From a virus, in IMG/VR virus record IMGVR_UViG_3300035137_000084, positions 1 to 45,087 of that record: a stretch of 45,087 bases of DNA. One strand, written 5' to 3'. This document shows positions 25,501 to 35,074 of this stretch, in pieces. How positions within the stretch are numbered: the first letter of the stretch is position 1; every line of letters begins with the position of its first letter. The position numbers and the translations under genes were made by a program. The notes below the pieces were generated by a model. That model did no database searches. It had not been told where the DNA came from and saw nothing but the letters and a program-made list of their open reading frames with translations.

Positions 25501-27474
25501 AGTAGACCAGACTTCAGTAATCCACTTGGCAAATTTCTTAAAAACAGTCTGCAATTCCACTGTAGGTGCCTTACCATCCTGTAAGTATTTCTCAAAACCT
25601 ACGGCAAACCTCTCTTCATGTTCAATTCCCCAGGTACCGTCCTCAATCCCTAGCCACTTTTCGGCAATCCCCAATTCCATATCTGACAAATCTCTTCGGA
25701 AAACGTGACCGACTTCATGGATCATCGAAGTTATATCGGCACCCTGAAAGGCTTGTATAATAGTCTCACCTTCTGACGTGAAAATAACCGCTGCTTTCTT
25801 TCCGTCAACTTTCTCCTTGGTACGATTCTCAAGAGAAATTTTACGAGCTTTAAAGTAATCCTCAACAGTGACCCCCAAAGCATCGGCCCTGGATTCAAAA
25901 AGAGATTCAATATTTTCTGCTTTTTCTTCATCTTTTACAATGTCTCTCAGATTCAGGCTGAAATCGGCAGTATACTCCGTTCCTCTGGCAGAAAATTGCT
26001 TACCCACCAGTTCAGATATCCCTTCAGCTGTACTGTCCTCAGACGATAATATTATGTTATCTATTTCCTCATCGGTTACAGGGGCTGGTTTACCTCTTTT
26101 GAAATCTTCAATATTTTCTTTATGGGCATCCAACTGACGAAAAGCGACACCTTCATCATTTATCACCTGAACATCATCTGCAACACGGGGAGCAGTCTCC
26201 CTGTCTTTTCTTCTTATTTTCTGATATCTCTGCTCATCCTCTTTGGCTATTTTCTTCATCCTGGCATTATGATCTTTCTTTGCCTGAGCGGCTTGATGAG
26301 CTTGCCTTATATCGTTAACTTGCTGAACAGTTTCCTCCACCGTGGCACCCACCATTGAAAAACCACCAGACACAGCCAAGGCACTCATCAGATTATCAGC
26401 AAACTGGCTTTTCATCTGAGTAATTATATACTCCACATCTTTTAAAGGAACATTGTCTGCCCGTAATTCATTACGAAGATTCATGAGGTAATTCTCAGTA
26501 GACACATCCGCAATCAGCTGAAGATTCTCTTCCATCACCTCTGACGCTGTTGCCGTGGCAAACTTTCCTATCTTTGAGTTCAAAACCCTAAGAGCCTGTT
26601 TTATCCCGGCTTTCTGTGAAATTGTTTTAATCAGAGATTTCCGTACCGCTTCCTTTACCGGTTTTCGCCACACATCAGCAATCTTCCCTAGAGGAAGTGT
26701 CCTTAATAGGAACAGATCACCTACCGTTTCAATAGCTGCATTTATACGACCATTTACTTTAGCTGCAGCGAAGATATCTTTAAAAGGTACATTCTCCCGT
26801 ATCTCTTTGTTTTTATACAAATCGATAAGGGCCATGCCGGTCATAATATGTTGCCACTTCTCATATGCAAAAGCCGCCGTTCCAACGACCCGAACACCTA
26901 AAGCTACTCGTGGATCTTTGACTATCAACGAAGTTGCTGCACCAAGAGCGGTTCCCTTAACCCCGGCTTCCAGTCCTATCATCGAAGTATAAAGAGCAGA
27001 ACCCGCAAGATACGGAAATCTGGATAACCCGGTTTTTCCCTGCAGGGTATTGGGTATATCTTTTTCAAGAGCAATAATATCTTCTAACAATTTTGGATTC
27101 TGTTCTATCTGCTCAGGAGTGTAATTGATCATTAGATCAGCTACCTTAGCACCCATTGTCACCTGAATAGCTGCAGCTCTAGCACCCTCAGAAGTTTCAA
27201 TAATACCTTTTTGCAAAGGTCCGGGTTGGTCTTCCGGGTATCCGGGAGTAAAAGACCGGGTTGAAGGAGCATCCTTTGAAATAACCCCGGACTCTTTTTG
27301 AGCTGAGAAAATTATATCATCAAGGGAAGGTGGGCCAGTATTAAATTCAGGGGTTTCCAGATCTTCTTCCTGATCGAGTTCAAAACCCTCGACAATTTGA
27401 TCTTCCTCTTCATCGGAAGCCAGCCTTGTAACTTTCTCTTCCTCTGAAGGTATTTCGGTAATTAAGTCTGTCAT
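22525..27474 (-). CDS. Large internal virion / ejected polyvalent protein (1649 aa) with zincin HExxH motif
   Basis: Position and size match T7 gp16. Hydrophobic segments lie near the N-terminus. MIHEVGHVF (HEVGH encoded at 25705-25719) is followed by EERFAVGFEKYLQDGKAP...FKKFAKWI, which is typical of polyvalent-protein metallopeptidase modules. Confidence 0.65.
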   Translation of the reverse strand: MTDLITEIPSEEEKVTRLASDEEEDQIVEGFELDQEEDLETPEFNTGPPSLDDIIFSAQKESGVISKDAPSTRSFTPGYPEDQPGPLQKGIIETSEGARAAAIQVTMGAKVADLMINYTPEQIEQNPKLLEDIIALEKDIPNTLQGKTGLSRFPYLAGSALYTSMIGLEAGVKGTALGAATSLIVKDPRVALGVRVVGTAAFAYEKWQHIMTGMALIDLYKNKEIRENVPFKDIFAAAKVNGRINAAIETVGDLFLLRTLPLGKIADVWRKPVKEAVRKSLIKTISQKAGIKQALRVLNSKIGKFATATASEVMEENLQLIADVSTENYLMNLRNELRADNVPLKDVEYIITQMKSQFADNLMSALAVSGGFSMVGATVEETVQQVNDIRQAHQAAQAKKDHNARMKKIAKEDEQRYQKIRRKDRETAPRVADDVQVINDEGVAFRQLDAHKENIEDFKRGKPAPVTDEEIDNIILSSEDSTAEGISELVGKQFSARGTEYTADFSLNLRDIVKDEEKAENIESLFESRADALGVTVEDYFKARKISLENRTKEKVDGKKAAVIFTSEGETIIQAFQGADITSMIHEVGHVFRRDLSDMELGIAEKWLGIEDGTWGIEHEERFAVGFEKYLQDGKAPTVELQTVFKKFAKWITEVWSTVRNNIVLDDNIRGVYDRLFTDTGREVPGTPSTRETLFQSDESQQTDPDKPKIPIQTAFEKKILEHVEKARVFASEGNKDGYTLEYAKIKELLSRANLNRIAVVKKQKLRQRINHKIKKFSRPKKINGKLVNKVTMPGTVAYFETLENIRGLSRDQVKQKYFEIHDEINSEFSIGEKGEVENKLLSPEDLIAYNLLKSKAFARSMSVEDLQNLHDDIQQVIDTGKSERSAQLFAEAERINNLVLQALETLKFPDGKLSDQLIARGKDPISENGFKVKAFSGFDPVSGIWINAWHDYMDSLDTVSGSPMKQGFFAKFGQTIKQENTEQESTRLAMEQVLSGLAEAYGIDKNLPLQKMLDEGDKILNRENFELVDLPAVECLIKDPDTGKYKETVLYNYFTYPEMRQRVLELMQEDKAVQRTFSETMGYRDADGKTGLASENGRILLEALRPQDKKIISFVRSFYDNSFDSLNKVYRQMTGADLTRHKNYVPNARHIQEKGLEAGKAESILFGLFDNQPAATTGRIKQRVFTTTAFKQRSDTDTLMQYIVETEHYKAWAKWSRDINAVVLNPKVLKAIEHHYGKRAVSLLKDQVRLIVYGKRKSFYSQPWLDQLRINMTRATLAVRPSLTFKQLLSHPAFIAEMGVVNYFKYTGQFLKNYKQNKAELDQESSFIRNRGSHMERDVKAATTQPYTGSYSKVWGKLNLTPRQWGKLMKNIKIGDAEPIYAGVWALREFYMSPEGGGMSRSDALMQAEIIARGSQQSAAQSMMSPLQSTGTWGQLFTQYRSATILYHRRELEVIRAYIHGRWVVNGNKNSEASKRMKQKLRRQFIIYHFVLPMLYQAATDLEFDPENQIRAAVLGSFNNFVATASLLHRATNVTLGFMSEKAGLDFNFNRWYNDLNSTIPTTQPVMDILNGIEDMAKGRLTVNDFGRALQGIGVMVGRPLPFKYAVEGSKGINEAYVGLVEGDQERFMKGIFMMLGWSEKTSGLKKD

Positions 27475-29759
27475 TTACTTTTCTGATACTCTTCAGAATT
27501 TATTATCTGTTGAACATATTTCCTTAAACTCGTTTCATTAAGCTGATTATATGCAGCAGCACCTAATTTGTTTTGCAAGAACTGAGCGGCCTCGACCTCA
27601 TCAGGAGACAACCCTTTTAATCGAGAATCCTCATTTGTCGGCATAGAGGGGATAAAATCCTGAAGATTTACCGCTTCTGCAGATAACCCTTCAATAGCCT
27701 TGATTGGAACATTAAGTAGAACTGATTTTGTGGCTTCCATTTTTTTTATAAAATTCCAGGCATCCTTGAGAATGCTCCTTTCTTCTCCCGGACCGGTACC
27801 TTCAAAGCTGGTAATATAATCAGTAAGCCATTGACTATAGTTAAAGTTTTTAGGGTCTTTCGAATTATTTACATCCCGCTCAAGCTGAGTTATGGCATCC
27901 TGAAAAGCAAGCTGCTTTGTAACTTCAGTATACTTATCGTCTTTCCAGTATATACCCCCTTTCTCTTTATATTCCTCAGAGATCAGAAAATCATCTTTAA
28001 TGGCGGCTTTTACTTGAGCCAGAACCCGTTTTTTAACAGGTGAATCTGTTTTTTTCAAAACTCCATAGTTTGCTCTGGCTTTCTCTGCTCTATCAAACCC
28101 TGAAACAGAAATCTTACCTTGAGCGAAAAGCTCCTGAAAAGTGTCATAATCCTCACTGCCGCTCCTGAGTTTTCCTTCTCTGGCTTTTACTTCATACAGT
28201 CGATCATTACGATCTCTTTCATCTTCCTCTACCTCGGAGATTAAACCTTTACGCACCTTTATTTCCGCACGTTGAGCTGAAACAGCTTTTTGAGCCATGT
28301 CAGGATCAGGTATCACGTTTCGTAAATCCTGCTCAGAGAGCAACGGTCTGCCTTTCTCATCAAAAGATGTAGCTTGCTTCAGTGCTTTTTTATACTTACG
28401 CTGAGAATCCATTCTGTTCATTTTCAAAAGATCCTCTTCGTATTTTACAATCTTGTCATTGACCCTGAATTTTATCTCAACAGGGATATTGTTTTTCTTA
28501 GAAAATTCTGACCAACTATTCCTAATCAGAGTAAGCCCGTTACCCCCGTGTATGTCTTCGTCTTTTGATATCTCTATCAACCCGTAAGCTATCTGATCAG
28601 CAACATCTTTGGTAAAAGCTCTATCGTCACCAACACCTTCAGACGCTTTGACCAAAGCGTTATACTGTTTAACATAGTTGTCATAAATCAACTTATTCTG
28701 ATCCATGATACCGTGAGCCAAAACCTTACCAAGTCCTGCTTTGAAATTTACAGCAGCATTATTTATCTCGAGCTGCTCCTGTCTGCTCTTCTCAGCGTCC
28801 TGGGCTTTTAATTTTTCCCGAAAATATTCCCTTAATTTTTGCCGACCAATAGGTGTATTGTGTTTCTGAAATTTTCTATCAAAATCGATAGCGGCATCGA
28901 GTGTAGTTTTAAATTTTGAACCTTCCGGTACCGGTCCGGATAAAATAGAATCAATAGAAATTCTATAATGTTTAACTCTTAATTCATCTTTCTCAATCTC
29001 GGTTATACCGCTCTCCGGCAAAGATCGCTCAAAGAAACTTTTGGACGGTAAAATAGTTCCATCCGCTCGTACCAAGGGATTGCCTTGTTGAAATTGTCTT
29101 AAAACATCATAATACCCTCCTGCTACATCTGCCTGAAAACTTTGCGTTTTGGCAGCAATTAAATCCTTATTGCGAATCCTTTCCTGATATACTCGATGAT
29201 CCAATCCTTTCTCAATATCCGCTGTCCGATAACCCCTGGCCCTGGCTTCAAAAAGTAAACGGGCATTATCAGATAAAGTAGACCCGACTTCTTCATATAT
29301 GGATCGAACACTCTCTTGATATGGTAAAAAACCATCAATCGCATCCTGACTTCTCTGCTGACTGTAACCCACAACATTACCCTGCTTATCAACCCCTCTG
29401 AAAAGCTGTCTGGATCGTTCACGAGCAGCAAGTAAAGCTCTTTCTGCATTGACCTTATCCTCATCGTTTTTGCGCTTCATGATGGCGTTCACGATCAGGT
29501 TAGTATCTCTCTCCATATTCGTAAAAGGAGAGTACACTTTATTAGGAACATCAAGTGTAGGGGCTCGCAAGTTTGGAGCAAATAATTTAGGAGGGGCATT
29601 GTATTGGGTTCTGAAGTTCAAAGTGCGCCCTTTTAAGGGAGCAGGAGCCCCACCGGTTTGTAACCTGACACCACGAGGCATATCTACCCCTGTAACTGGA
29701 CTGCGCTTTCTCGCAGTCCCTATTCCCGCAGTTTGTGTTGTTCCTAAAATAGTAGCCAT
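27471..29759 (-). CDS. Internal virion protein (gp15-like by position and size)
   Basis: A 762-aa helical, charged protein whose gene has an ATGA overlap with the 1649-aa gene. Confidence 0.5.
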   Translation of the reverse strand: MATILGTTQTAGIGTARKRSPVTGVDMPRGVRLQTGGAPAPLKGRTLNFRTQYNAPPKLFAPNLRAPTLDVPNKVYSPFTNMERDTNLIVNAIMKRKNDEDKVNAERALLAARERSRQLFRGVDKQGNVVGYSQQRSQDAIDGFLPYQESVRSIYEEVGSTLSDNARLLFEARARGYRTADIEKGLDHRVYQERIRNKDLIAAKTQSFQADVAGGYYDVLRQFQQGNPLVRADGTILPSKSFFERSLPESGITEIEKDELRVKHYRISIDSILSGPVPEGSKFKTTLDAAIDFDRKFQKHNTPIGRQKLREYFREKLKAQDAEKSRQEQLEINNAAVNFKAGLGKVLAHGIMDQNKLIYDNYVKQYNALVKASEGVGDDRAFTKDVADQIAYGLIEISKDEDIHGGNGLTLIRNSWSEFSKKNNIPVEIKFRVNDKIVKYEEDLLKMNRMDSQRKYKKALKQATSFDEKGRPLLSEQDLRNVIPDPDMAQKAVSAQRAEIKVRKGLISEVEEDERDRNDRLYEVKAREGKLRSGSEDYDTFQELFAQGKISVSGFDRAEKARANYGVLKKTDSPVKKRVLAQVKAAIKDDFLISEEYKEKGGIYWKDDKYTEVTKQLAFQDAITQLERDVNNSKDPKNFNYSQWLTDYITSFEGTGPGEERSILKDAWNFIKKMEATKSVLLNVPIKAIEGLSAEAVNLQDFIPSMPTNEDSRLKGLSPDEVEAAQFLQNKLGAAAYNQLNETSLRKYVQQIINSEEYQKSK

Positions 29760-29764
29760 AATGT

Positions 29765-30592
29765 TTATTTAGAAGAACTTTTTGAACTCAAAATTGAACT
29801 TGTCGTAGATGAACCGGTTCCTAAAAGGCCAGAAAGTAAAGATGCTTGTGCAGAATTTTTTGCATTGGAATATTGAACGAGTCCATTGTTCAACGCTTGC
29901 CAGGCCTGAACGCTATAGTTATAGGCTGTTGCCTTGGCTGAAATATTCGCCTGTGCAATACTGCCAGCAGCACTCAAATATCTGTTCGCATAAGAATTGA
30001 AAGCATTCAACTGACCCTCTATGATCATCTGTTGAGCTGCAAAATTACCTTCCCATCTTGATCTTGCTGCGGCATCCAAAACCTTTCCTGCTTTAATATC
30101 CGCATTATGTCTCAATATGAACTTATCCATGGCCCCCTGAGTCCGGAGTCCTATGATTGCTTCAAGAGGGGAATCCTGATCCATGATAACACCTGAAGCA
30201 CCGAAACCGACCTGCATATGACCTTCCGCTCTGGCATATTCTTCCTCAAGTCTCTCTTCGTCCAGATCTGCCTGATTCCAAATAAGCCGGGCTTCGTCTT
30301 CAAGTAAATGAGCATTATAGTCACCTATCATGCTAGATACTTTGGCATTAAATTTGGCTTTTTCCATGATAAGCTCGTACTCCATCTCTCCAAGTCCAAG
30401 AGATATCATGGCATTCACCTTACCCATTGCCAGAATTGCACCCGCTTGGGAATCTCCAAGTTTAGCCAAAGCCGCTGAGTTGGCCTTTGCAAGAGCCAAA
30501 ACATTATCAGCATTCTGCATATTGTAACCATAACTAAGCAGGGATGACGTAGACGATGAAGCTGCAGACGCTATTATGCCCCAATAAGACAT
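29765..30592 (-). CDS. Internal virion protein (gp14-like by position)
   Basis: A 275-aa Ala/Ser-rich protein encoded between the nozzle and the large core proteins. Confidence 0.45.
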   Translation of the reverse strand: MSYWGIIASAASSSTSSLLSYGYNMQNADNVLALAKANSAALAKLGDSQAGAILAMGKVNAMISLGLGEMEYELIMEKAKFNAKVSSMIGDYNAHLLEDEARLIWNQADLDEERLEEEYARAEGHMQVGFGASGVIMDQDSPLEAIIGLRTQGAMDKFILRHNADIKAGKVLDAAARSRWEGNFAAQQMIIEGQLNAFNSYANRYLSAAGSIAQANISAKATAYNYSVQAWQALNNGLVQYSNAKNSAQASLLSGLLGTGSSTTSSILSSKSSSK

Positions 30593-30593
30593 T

Positions 30594-32618
30594 TTAATCT
30601 CCTATGGCTACCCTATCAACCAAGCCTAAAACGGTTAAAGGCAAGGGTTGAGTTTGTCTTATGATCAAGTCGATATCACGATCATACCCACTGGTAAACG
30701 TAAAAGGTTTAACCCCTTCAAAAACAGGGACCGGTTCTCCCATTATATCTGACGGTTTCCGGAAAGGAACAGGGTCCATGTACTCTTCTGCATCTTCATG
30801 ATCATAGCGGCCTACTTCCAGGCCCAAAGAATGATACAGAAAAATATCCGTTTCAAGTATTCTTGCAATGCGGCTTATCGTTGCCCCATCCTCGATACTG
30901 TAATCCATAAAATAAGGACGTAATTCAGAAACATAGGGTAATCCTATAACTACATGAGATTTAGCTTTTTGAAGAGTAATAGCCCCGCCTGAAACAGTAA
31001 ACTCACCTAAAGGAGAACCGTCACCTAAGGCTTCGACAGTACAACCCTCTAAGTGGCTCAAACCACTTATTGTCGTAGCTGCAACACCATCATACACCAG
31101 GAAACTGTCAAGAAAACGAGCTTCAGTCATGTCGTCTGATTTGAACTCAGGTGCCATTACCTCTAAGTACCACTTATCCGTACCGTTTATTTCTCTCTGA
31201 ACAAGAGTCCATACCTCATCTTCCTTATTGTCACCGGGTATAGAGGCCACAGATTTAAACAATCCATCCGTTATATGAACATGCCATCCAGTGACATTGT
31301 GTTCCCTCTTAAAAGTAAGAGCTATCATATATCCATCTTCCCTGACGCACCACACTATGCCATTTGGTGTCTGCTGATATGCCCATCCAACAATAGTATA
31401 ATTCTCTGTCAAATGGGGGGCTAAAACAGAAAGATCAACGGTTACATACGCATCACGGTTATAATCAAAAGCAAACTGATTTACCGTCCTGCCTAAACGC
31501 TCAAGAAAAATAGTAACCGGACCTATCATCAAAGGTCTTAACTTCTCAGCTCCGTTGTTAGTATGGCGTGAGGCCATAATAGACTGAAAAGACAAAGGTT
31601 CATACCCGCTTCCGGATATTGTCCATTCATCCCCTAGAGTCCCGACAAGTAATTGTCTGCCGGTAGCCATCCACTGAATCTTATTCTGTTCACCCGCATC
31701 AAGGGTGAAAGTAAGTCCATCAGACGCCACTATGGGATCTGATCTGCCAAAATCATAATAGTCACCTGATTTTGAACACCAGATCGTCTGCGGACGTGTA
31801 GCAATAGATCCGTAGGCAATACGTTGTTCAAAAAAGGCAACAAATTCAGGATACCCGTTAACCGGACTCCATTCCGGGGTAGACCAATCTGCTCTTGCTG
31901 TAGTATCCTCCAACTCTACCGTAACCGTGGCATCAACCACCGTTGAACTCGTGTATGATGTAATAACTACCCGACCCCCGTTCACCTTCATCTCAAGATC
32001 TTCAAAGTTTACGTCAAACAGAGCTGAACTTGCTGTCAAAGTAATACTGCCGGTTACGGCAGAAGGTGTAATAGTTAGAGAATCATCAATGTTTAGGGTA
32101 AAAGGTTGCTCCGACATGGCAACCTCATCAGCTTCCCAATCATCGTGACCATTACGTTTGAACGCAATAGGCATTCTGTTCGGTTGCGTTATGAATAATA
32201 TATCAGCACTTTGAGCAAAACTAAGCTGATCAAGCTCCATAGTCCCGGTGAACTCGAAAACATAAGGATTCCCAGGGTTTAAGGAATCCTCTACTAATCC
32301 GCTATCTATGCCGAATACAACTCTTACATTGCCGTTATTGTGCAGATAAAATACCAGAGTATAAGCACTCTCTTCATTGAAAATAAAAGGGACCAACCGA
32401 GGAGTCGTTGCAGTAAGAGCCCCACCAAGGAGAGAAGATATATCGTAAACGAACTCAAAACCGGAACGTCTTCTGGCTGGCCCCTGTGTTAAAGCGACCA
32501 TGTTCTGCATAGTCTTACATCCATTTTTAAAACGGATGTTATCAGTCAACATTGATATTAGAGGAGAAATTTCCCCTGCATTAAAAGACCGCTTATGTCT
32601 GTAAAATCGATTAGCCAT
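30594..32618 (-). CDS. Tail tubular protein B / nozzle-like protein
   Basis: The N-terminus FNAGEISPLISMLTDNIRFKNGCKTMQNMVALTQGPARRRSGFEFV matches the pattern of podovirus tubular B proteins. The gene follows the adaptor gene. Confidence 0.6.
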   Translation of the reverse strand: MANRFYRHKRSFNAGEISPLISMLTDNIRFKNGCKTMQNMVALTQGPARRRSGFEFVYDISSLLGGALTATTPRLVPFIFNEESAYTLVFYLHNNGNVRVVFGIDSGLVEDSLNPGNPYVFEFTGTMELDQLSFAQSADILFITQPNRMPIAFKRNGHDDWEADEVAMSEQPFTLNIDDSLTITPSAVTGSITLTASSALFDVNFEDLEMKVNGGRVVITSYTSSTVVDATVTVELEDTTARADWSTPEWSPVNGYPEFVAFFEQRIAYGSIATRPQTIWCSKSGDYYDFGRSDPIVASDGLTFTLDAGEQNKIQWMATGRQLLVGTLGDEWTISGSGYEPLSFQSIMASRHTNNGAEKLRPLMIGPVTIFLERLGRTVNQFAFDYNRDAYVTVDLSVLAPHLTENYTIVGWAYQQTPNGIVWCVREDGYMIALTFKREHNVTGWHVHITDGLFKSVASIPGDNKEDEVWTLVQREINGTDKWYLEVMAPEFKSDDMTEARFLDSFLVYDGVAATTISGLSHLEGCTVEALGDGSPLGEFTVSGGAITLQKAKSHVVIGLPYVSELRPYFMDYSIEDGATISRIARILETDIFLYHSLGLEVGRYDHEDAEEYMDPVPFRKPSDIMGEPVPVFEGVKPFTFTSGYDRDIDLIIRQTQPLPLTVLGLVDRVAIGD

Positions 32619-33244
32619 CAGTCTGTATAATCTAAGTTACCCTCACCCCAATTCTCAGGATTTACAAAAGAATCATTGTGAGGATTTTCATCATGCACCG
32701 GATACTCGGAATCAAAAGAAGCATCATTAGAATATGCCTCTATTTGGGCCAATTTCATTTCTTTTTTCTTGGATGCTGCCAGTTTAAGATCAGAAGCAAT
32801 GGGTCCGGCCAAACGAGATGCTAAATCAAGAGTCAAAACTTCGATGAAATCCTGAGTGTAAAAAGAAGCATCAGTCTCTTTTCGAGTGTAAACAAGATGC
32901 AGATCAACACCTTCTACGACAAGATAATCCGGAACAATTATCTTTTGGCCCTCAATGAAGAATGTTCTCTTTGTCTTTACTTGTGGATGTAGTGATCTGG
33001 GAGCAAGACAATCGGATGGTATCTGATAAGGCGTACCCCTGGCATGATCCTGATCTAATTTCTGAAGAGTAGCTGTTCTCCTGGCGAAACCCCAATCAAA
33101 AGCTGACAGTTGCCTGTTTCGACAGGATTCGTAAAGATAGTTACACATCCTTGATCTTTCATTAGACTCACCCAGGTCACGAATAGGTTTTTCACCTATT
33201 TCAGCCAAAGCGAGATTGCAAATTGAAACAGCACTTGTTGACAT
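32618..33244 (-). CDS. Tail tubular protein A / head-tail adaptor-like protein
   Basis: The N-terminus SICNLALAEIGEKPIRDLGE...FDWGFARR matches the gp11-like pattern at about 200 aa. Confidence 0.6.
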   Translation of the reverse strand: MSTSAVSICNLALAEIGEKPIRDLGESNERSRMCNYLYESCRNRQLSAFDWGFARRTATLQKLDQDHARGTPYQIPSDCLAPRSLHPQVKTKRTFFIEGQKIIVPDYLVVEGVDLHLVYTRKETDASFYTQDFIEVLTLDLASRLAGPIASDLKLAASKKKEMKLAQIEAYSNDASFDSEYPVHDENPHNDSFVNPENWGEGNLDYTD

Positions 33245-33256
33245 CAGAACCTCCTG

Positions 33257-33586
33257 CTACACCATGCGAAGTTCAATGAATTTCTCTACCGTTTTCTCCA
33301 AACCGGTATTGCCCATCGATACTCCGTATCTTTCAGAAATAAATTCCTTGAGTCGTTTCAGCTCAAACTTTCCGGCTTTAAGATCTTCTTCTGACATCTT
33401 TGAAAAGTCCGGAGCTGGTGTTTGATCAGGAGTAGACGGATCGAATTTCTTCTCTTCAGGTTCGCCGTCTAATCTTTGAAAATGAGTAGGTACTTTGTCA
33501 AAATCGTCAATATCGCCTTCGGCATAGTAACGAATCTTGCCTATTTTATTCCTGATCCAGCACCGTCTTTCACATACACATTTCAT
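33257..33586 (-). CDS. Hypothetical protein
   Basis: ORF with the SD aaaggagaaag upstream. Confidence 0.55.
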   Translation of the reverse strand: MKCVCERRCWIRNKIGKIRYYAEGDIDDFDKVPTHFQRLDGEPEEKKFDPSTPDQTPAPDFSKMSEEDLKAGKFELKRLKEFISERYGVSMGNTGLEKTVEKFIELRMV

Positions 33587-33602
33587 GTCTTTCTCCTTTA
33601 AT

Positions 33603-33639
33603 AAAAAAATGGGGCTGACGCATTATACGTCAACCCCAT
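33603..33639 (-). terminator. Strong rho-independent terminator after the capsid/decoration genes
   Basis: On the minus strand, atggggttgacg-tataatg-cgtcagccccat forms a 12-bp stem with one G-U pair and is followed by T7. Confidence 0.8.
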
Positions 33640-33677
33640 TTAACACGTCAAGCGTTACCTCTTATTTCTCTTTGGAT

Positions 33678-33977
33678 CTACCGGTTTGTCTGTCCATCCA
33701 GCACAACAGCACACTCAGCTCCGGTACCAAGAGTCATCTTGATATACCTCTTTGCATTCGAGGGGATCTCAAAAGTCATTGCTTCTTCAGTTGGCACCGC
33801 TACTGTCATGAGAGCAACATACGAACCACCCTCTGTGTCGCAGTGGGTGATTGCCATGTCTGCAGCTGCATCAAGACCGTTGATACAGAACTTAATGGAT
33901 TTACCGGGGCCGGGACGAACGGTTTCGAGATCAAAAGCGGTTGCTGAAGTGACGGATAAAGTATTATCTTGCAGCAT
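33678..33977 (-). CDS. Small capsid-associated protein (candidate decoration protein)
   Basis: A 99-aa beta-rich ORF directly after the major capsid gene and before a strong terminator. The function is inferred from position. Confidence 0.4.
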   Translation of the reverse strand: MLQDNTLSVTSATAFDLETVRPGPGKSIKFCINGLDAAADMAITHCDTEGGSYVALMTVAVPTEEAMTFEIPSNAKRYIKMTLGTGAECAVVLDGQTNR

Positions 33978-33999
33978 AACTGTCTCCTATTAGTATTTT

Positions 34000-34035
34000 A
34001 AAAAAAACTATCTTACCGGATGTTATTAGGTAAGA
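34000..34035 (-). terminator. Weak/leaky hairpin plus T8 overlapping the major capsid stop codon
   Basis: On the minus strand, a 7-bp stem tcttacc / ggtaaga is followed by tag and T8. Confidence 0.4.
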
Positions 34036-35063
34036 ACAGCTTCGGTTTCCAGGATAGCATTACAGGCACGGATCGGAATACCACGATAGGTGGTCATCTC
34101 TTTTCCATCCCCAAATACATCCCGCCATCCAAGGGCAGCGTTGCTTTTGAAAACTGCCGCATCGTCCAGCATTGCGAGTACCGCCGGAGAGCAATAAAAA
34201 ACACCACGACCAATACCACTCAAGGGTACGGTGTACCTGGCCTTATTCATCATCTGAAGGAGTGTCTTCTGGGCAGTGGCATCCAACATATCACCTAACT
34301 CAACATTGGCGATACGAACTATATACCTCCAATCCTTCACACAAAGACCCTGCTTCACCTGATAATGTGTCCGGTATCCCTGGAAACGACCACCATCGGA
34401 ATCAAACAGGGTTTGCTCTCCGAGATCCCGACTCTGGATACCGACTTTTGAGCCTTTCGGGTAGATCCCGAAAACTGTTTGAGGTGCCCAAACGACATAC
34501 CATACTGACGTTTGAACATCCGCAGTCGTACCACCGGCATTAAGAATGTGCTTCAGGTATGCCGAGTTGGTTTGAGCTGTCGGTTTATCGGCAGGATCGC
34601 CGATAGCATCATACCGGGGGGCCAGACCGTTAAATTTCTCCGGATCAACATCCGTATCTCCGTAAAAAATAGTGCTTGCCAGTTCCTGAGACATACCCTC
34701 AATGTGGGCGGTATCTTCTTGGAGACGAAACTCGGAGGTGTTGCCGTTAAGATCGGCAAGATCTTTATCGACTTCGCCGTAATCTTCGCACATGCCAATG
34801 GTATCATCGACCTGAGTTGTTTTACCTTTGGTCGGGGTAACACCCTGATAGAACTTACGCCAGACAGGTGTAGGCAGTCCGTTACGAACGGTAACACGAT
34901 GACCGGTTGGCAGATTGCCCTCTACCAAGGGAATGTCTTCCAGGATTGGATTATACTGTGTCAGAAGTTCTCCAACATCGGCAATAGACCCATCAGGGTC
35001 CATGGTTTTTGTCAGATTGATCAAATTCGGATAATCTGCATTCGACATAGGATCATAAGCCAT
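34026..35063 (-). CDS. Major capsid protein
   Basis: A 345-aa protein with a strong SD (taaggagaaaagtt) encoded directly after the scaffold gene. The N-terminal pattern is EGNLPTGHRVTVRNGLPTPVWRKFYQGV...EVDKDLADLNG...FRLQE. Confidence 0.75.
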   Translation of the reverse strand: MAYDPMSNADYPNLINLTKTMDPDGSIADVGELLTQYNPILEDIPLVEGNLPTGHRVTVRNGLPTPVWRKFYQGVTPTKGKTTQVDDTIGMCEDYGEVDKDLADLNGNTSEFRLQEDTAHIEGMSQELASTIFYGDTDVDPEKFNGLAPRYDAIGDPADKPTAQTNSAYLKHILNAGGTTADVQTSVWYVVWAPQTVFGIYPKGSKVGIQSRDLGEQTLFDSDGGRFQGYRTHYQVKQGLCVKDWRYIVRIANVELGDMLDATAQKTLLQMMNKARYTVPLSGIGRGVFYCSPAVLAMLDDAAVFKSNAALGWRDVFGDGKEMTTYRGIPIRACNAILETEAVLT

Positions 35064-35074
35064 AACTTTTCTCC

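Noticed and set aside
26555-26992. 145-aa plus-strand ORF, along with other 60-97-aa ORFs inside 22525-27474
   Set aside because: They are antisense or alternate-frame shadows of the 1649-aa gene, with no start context.
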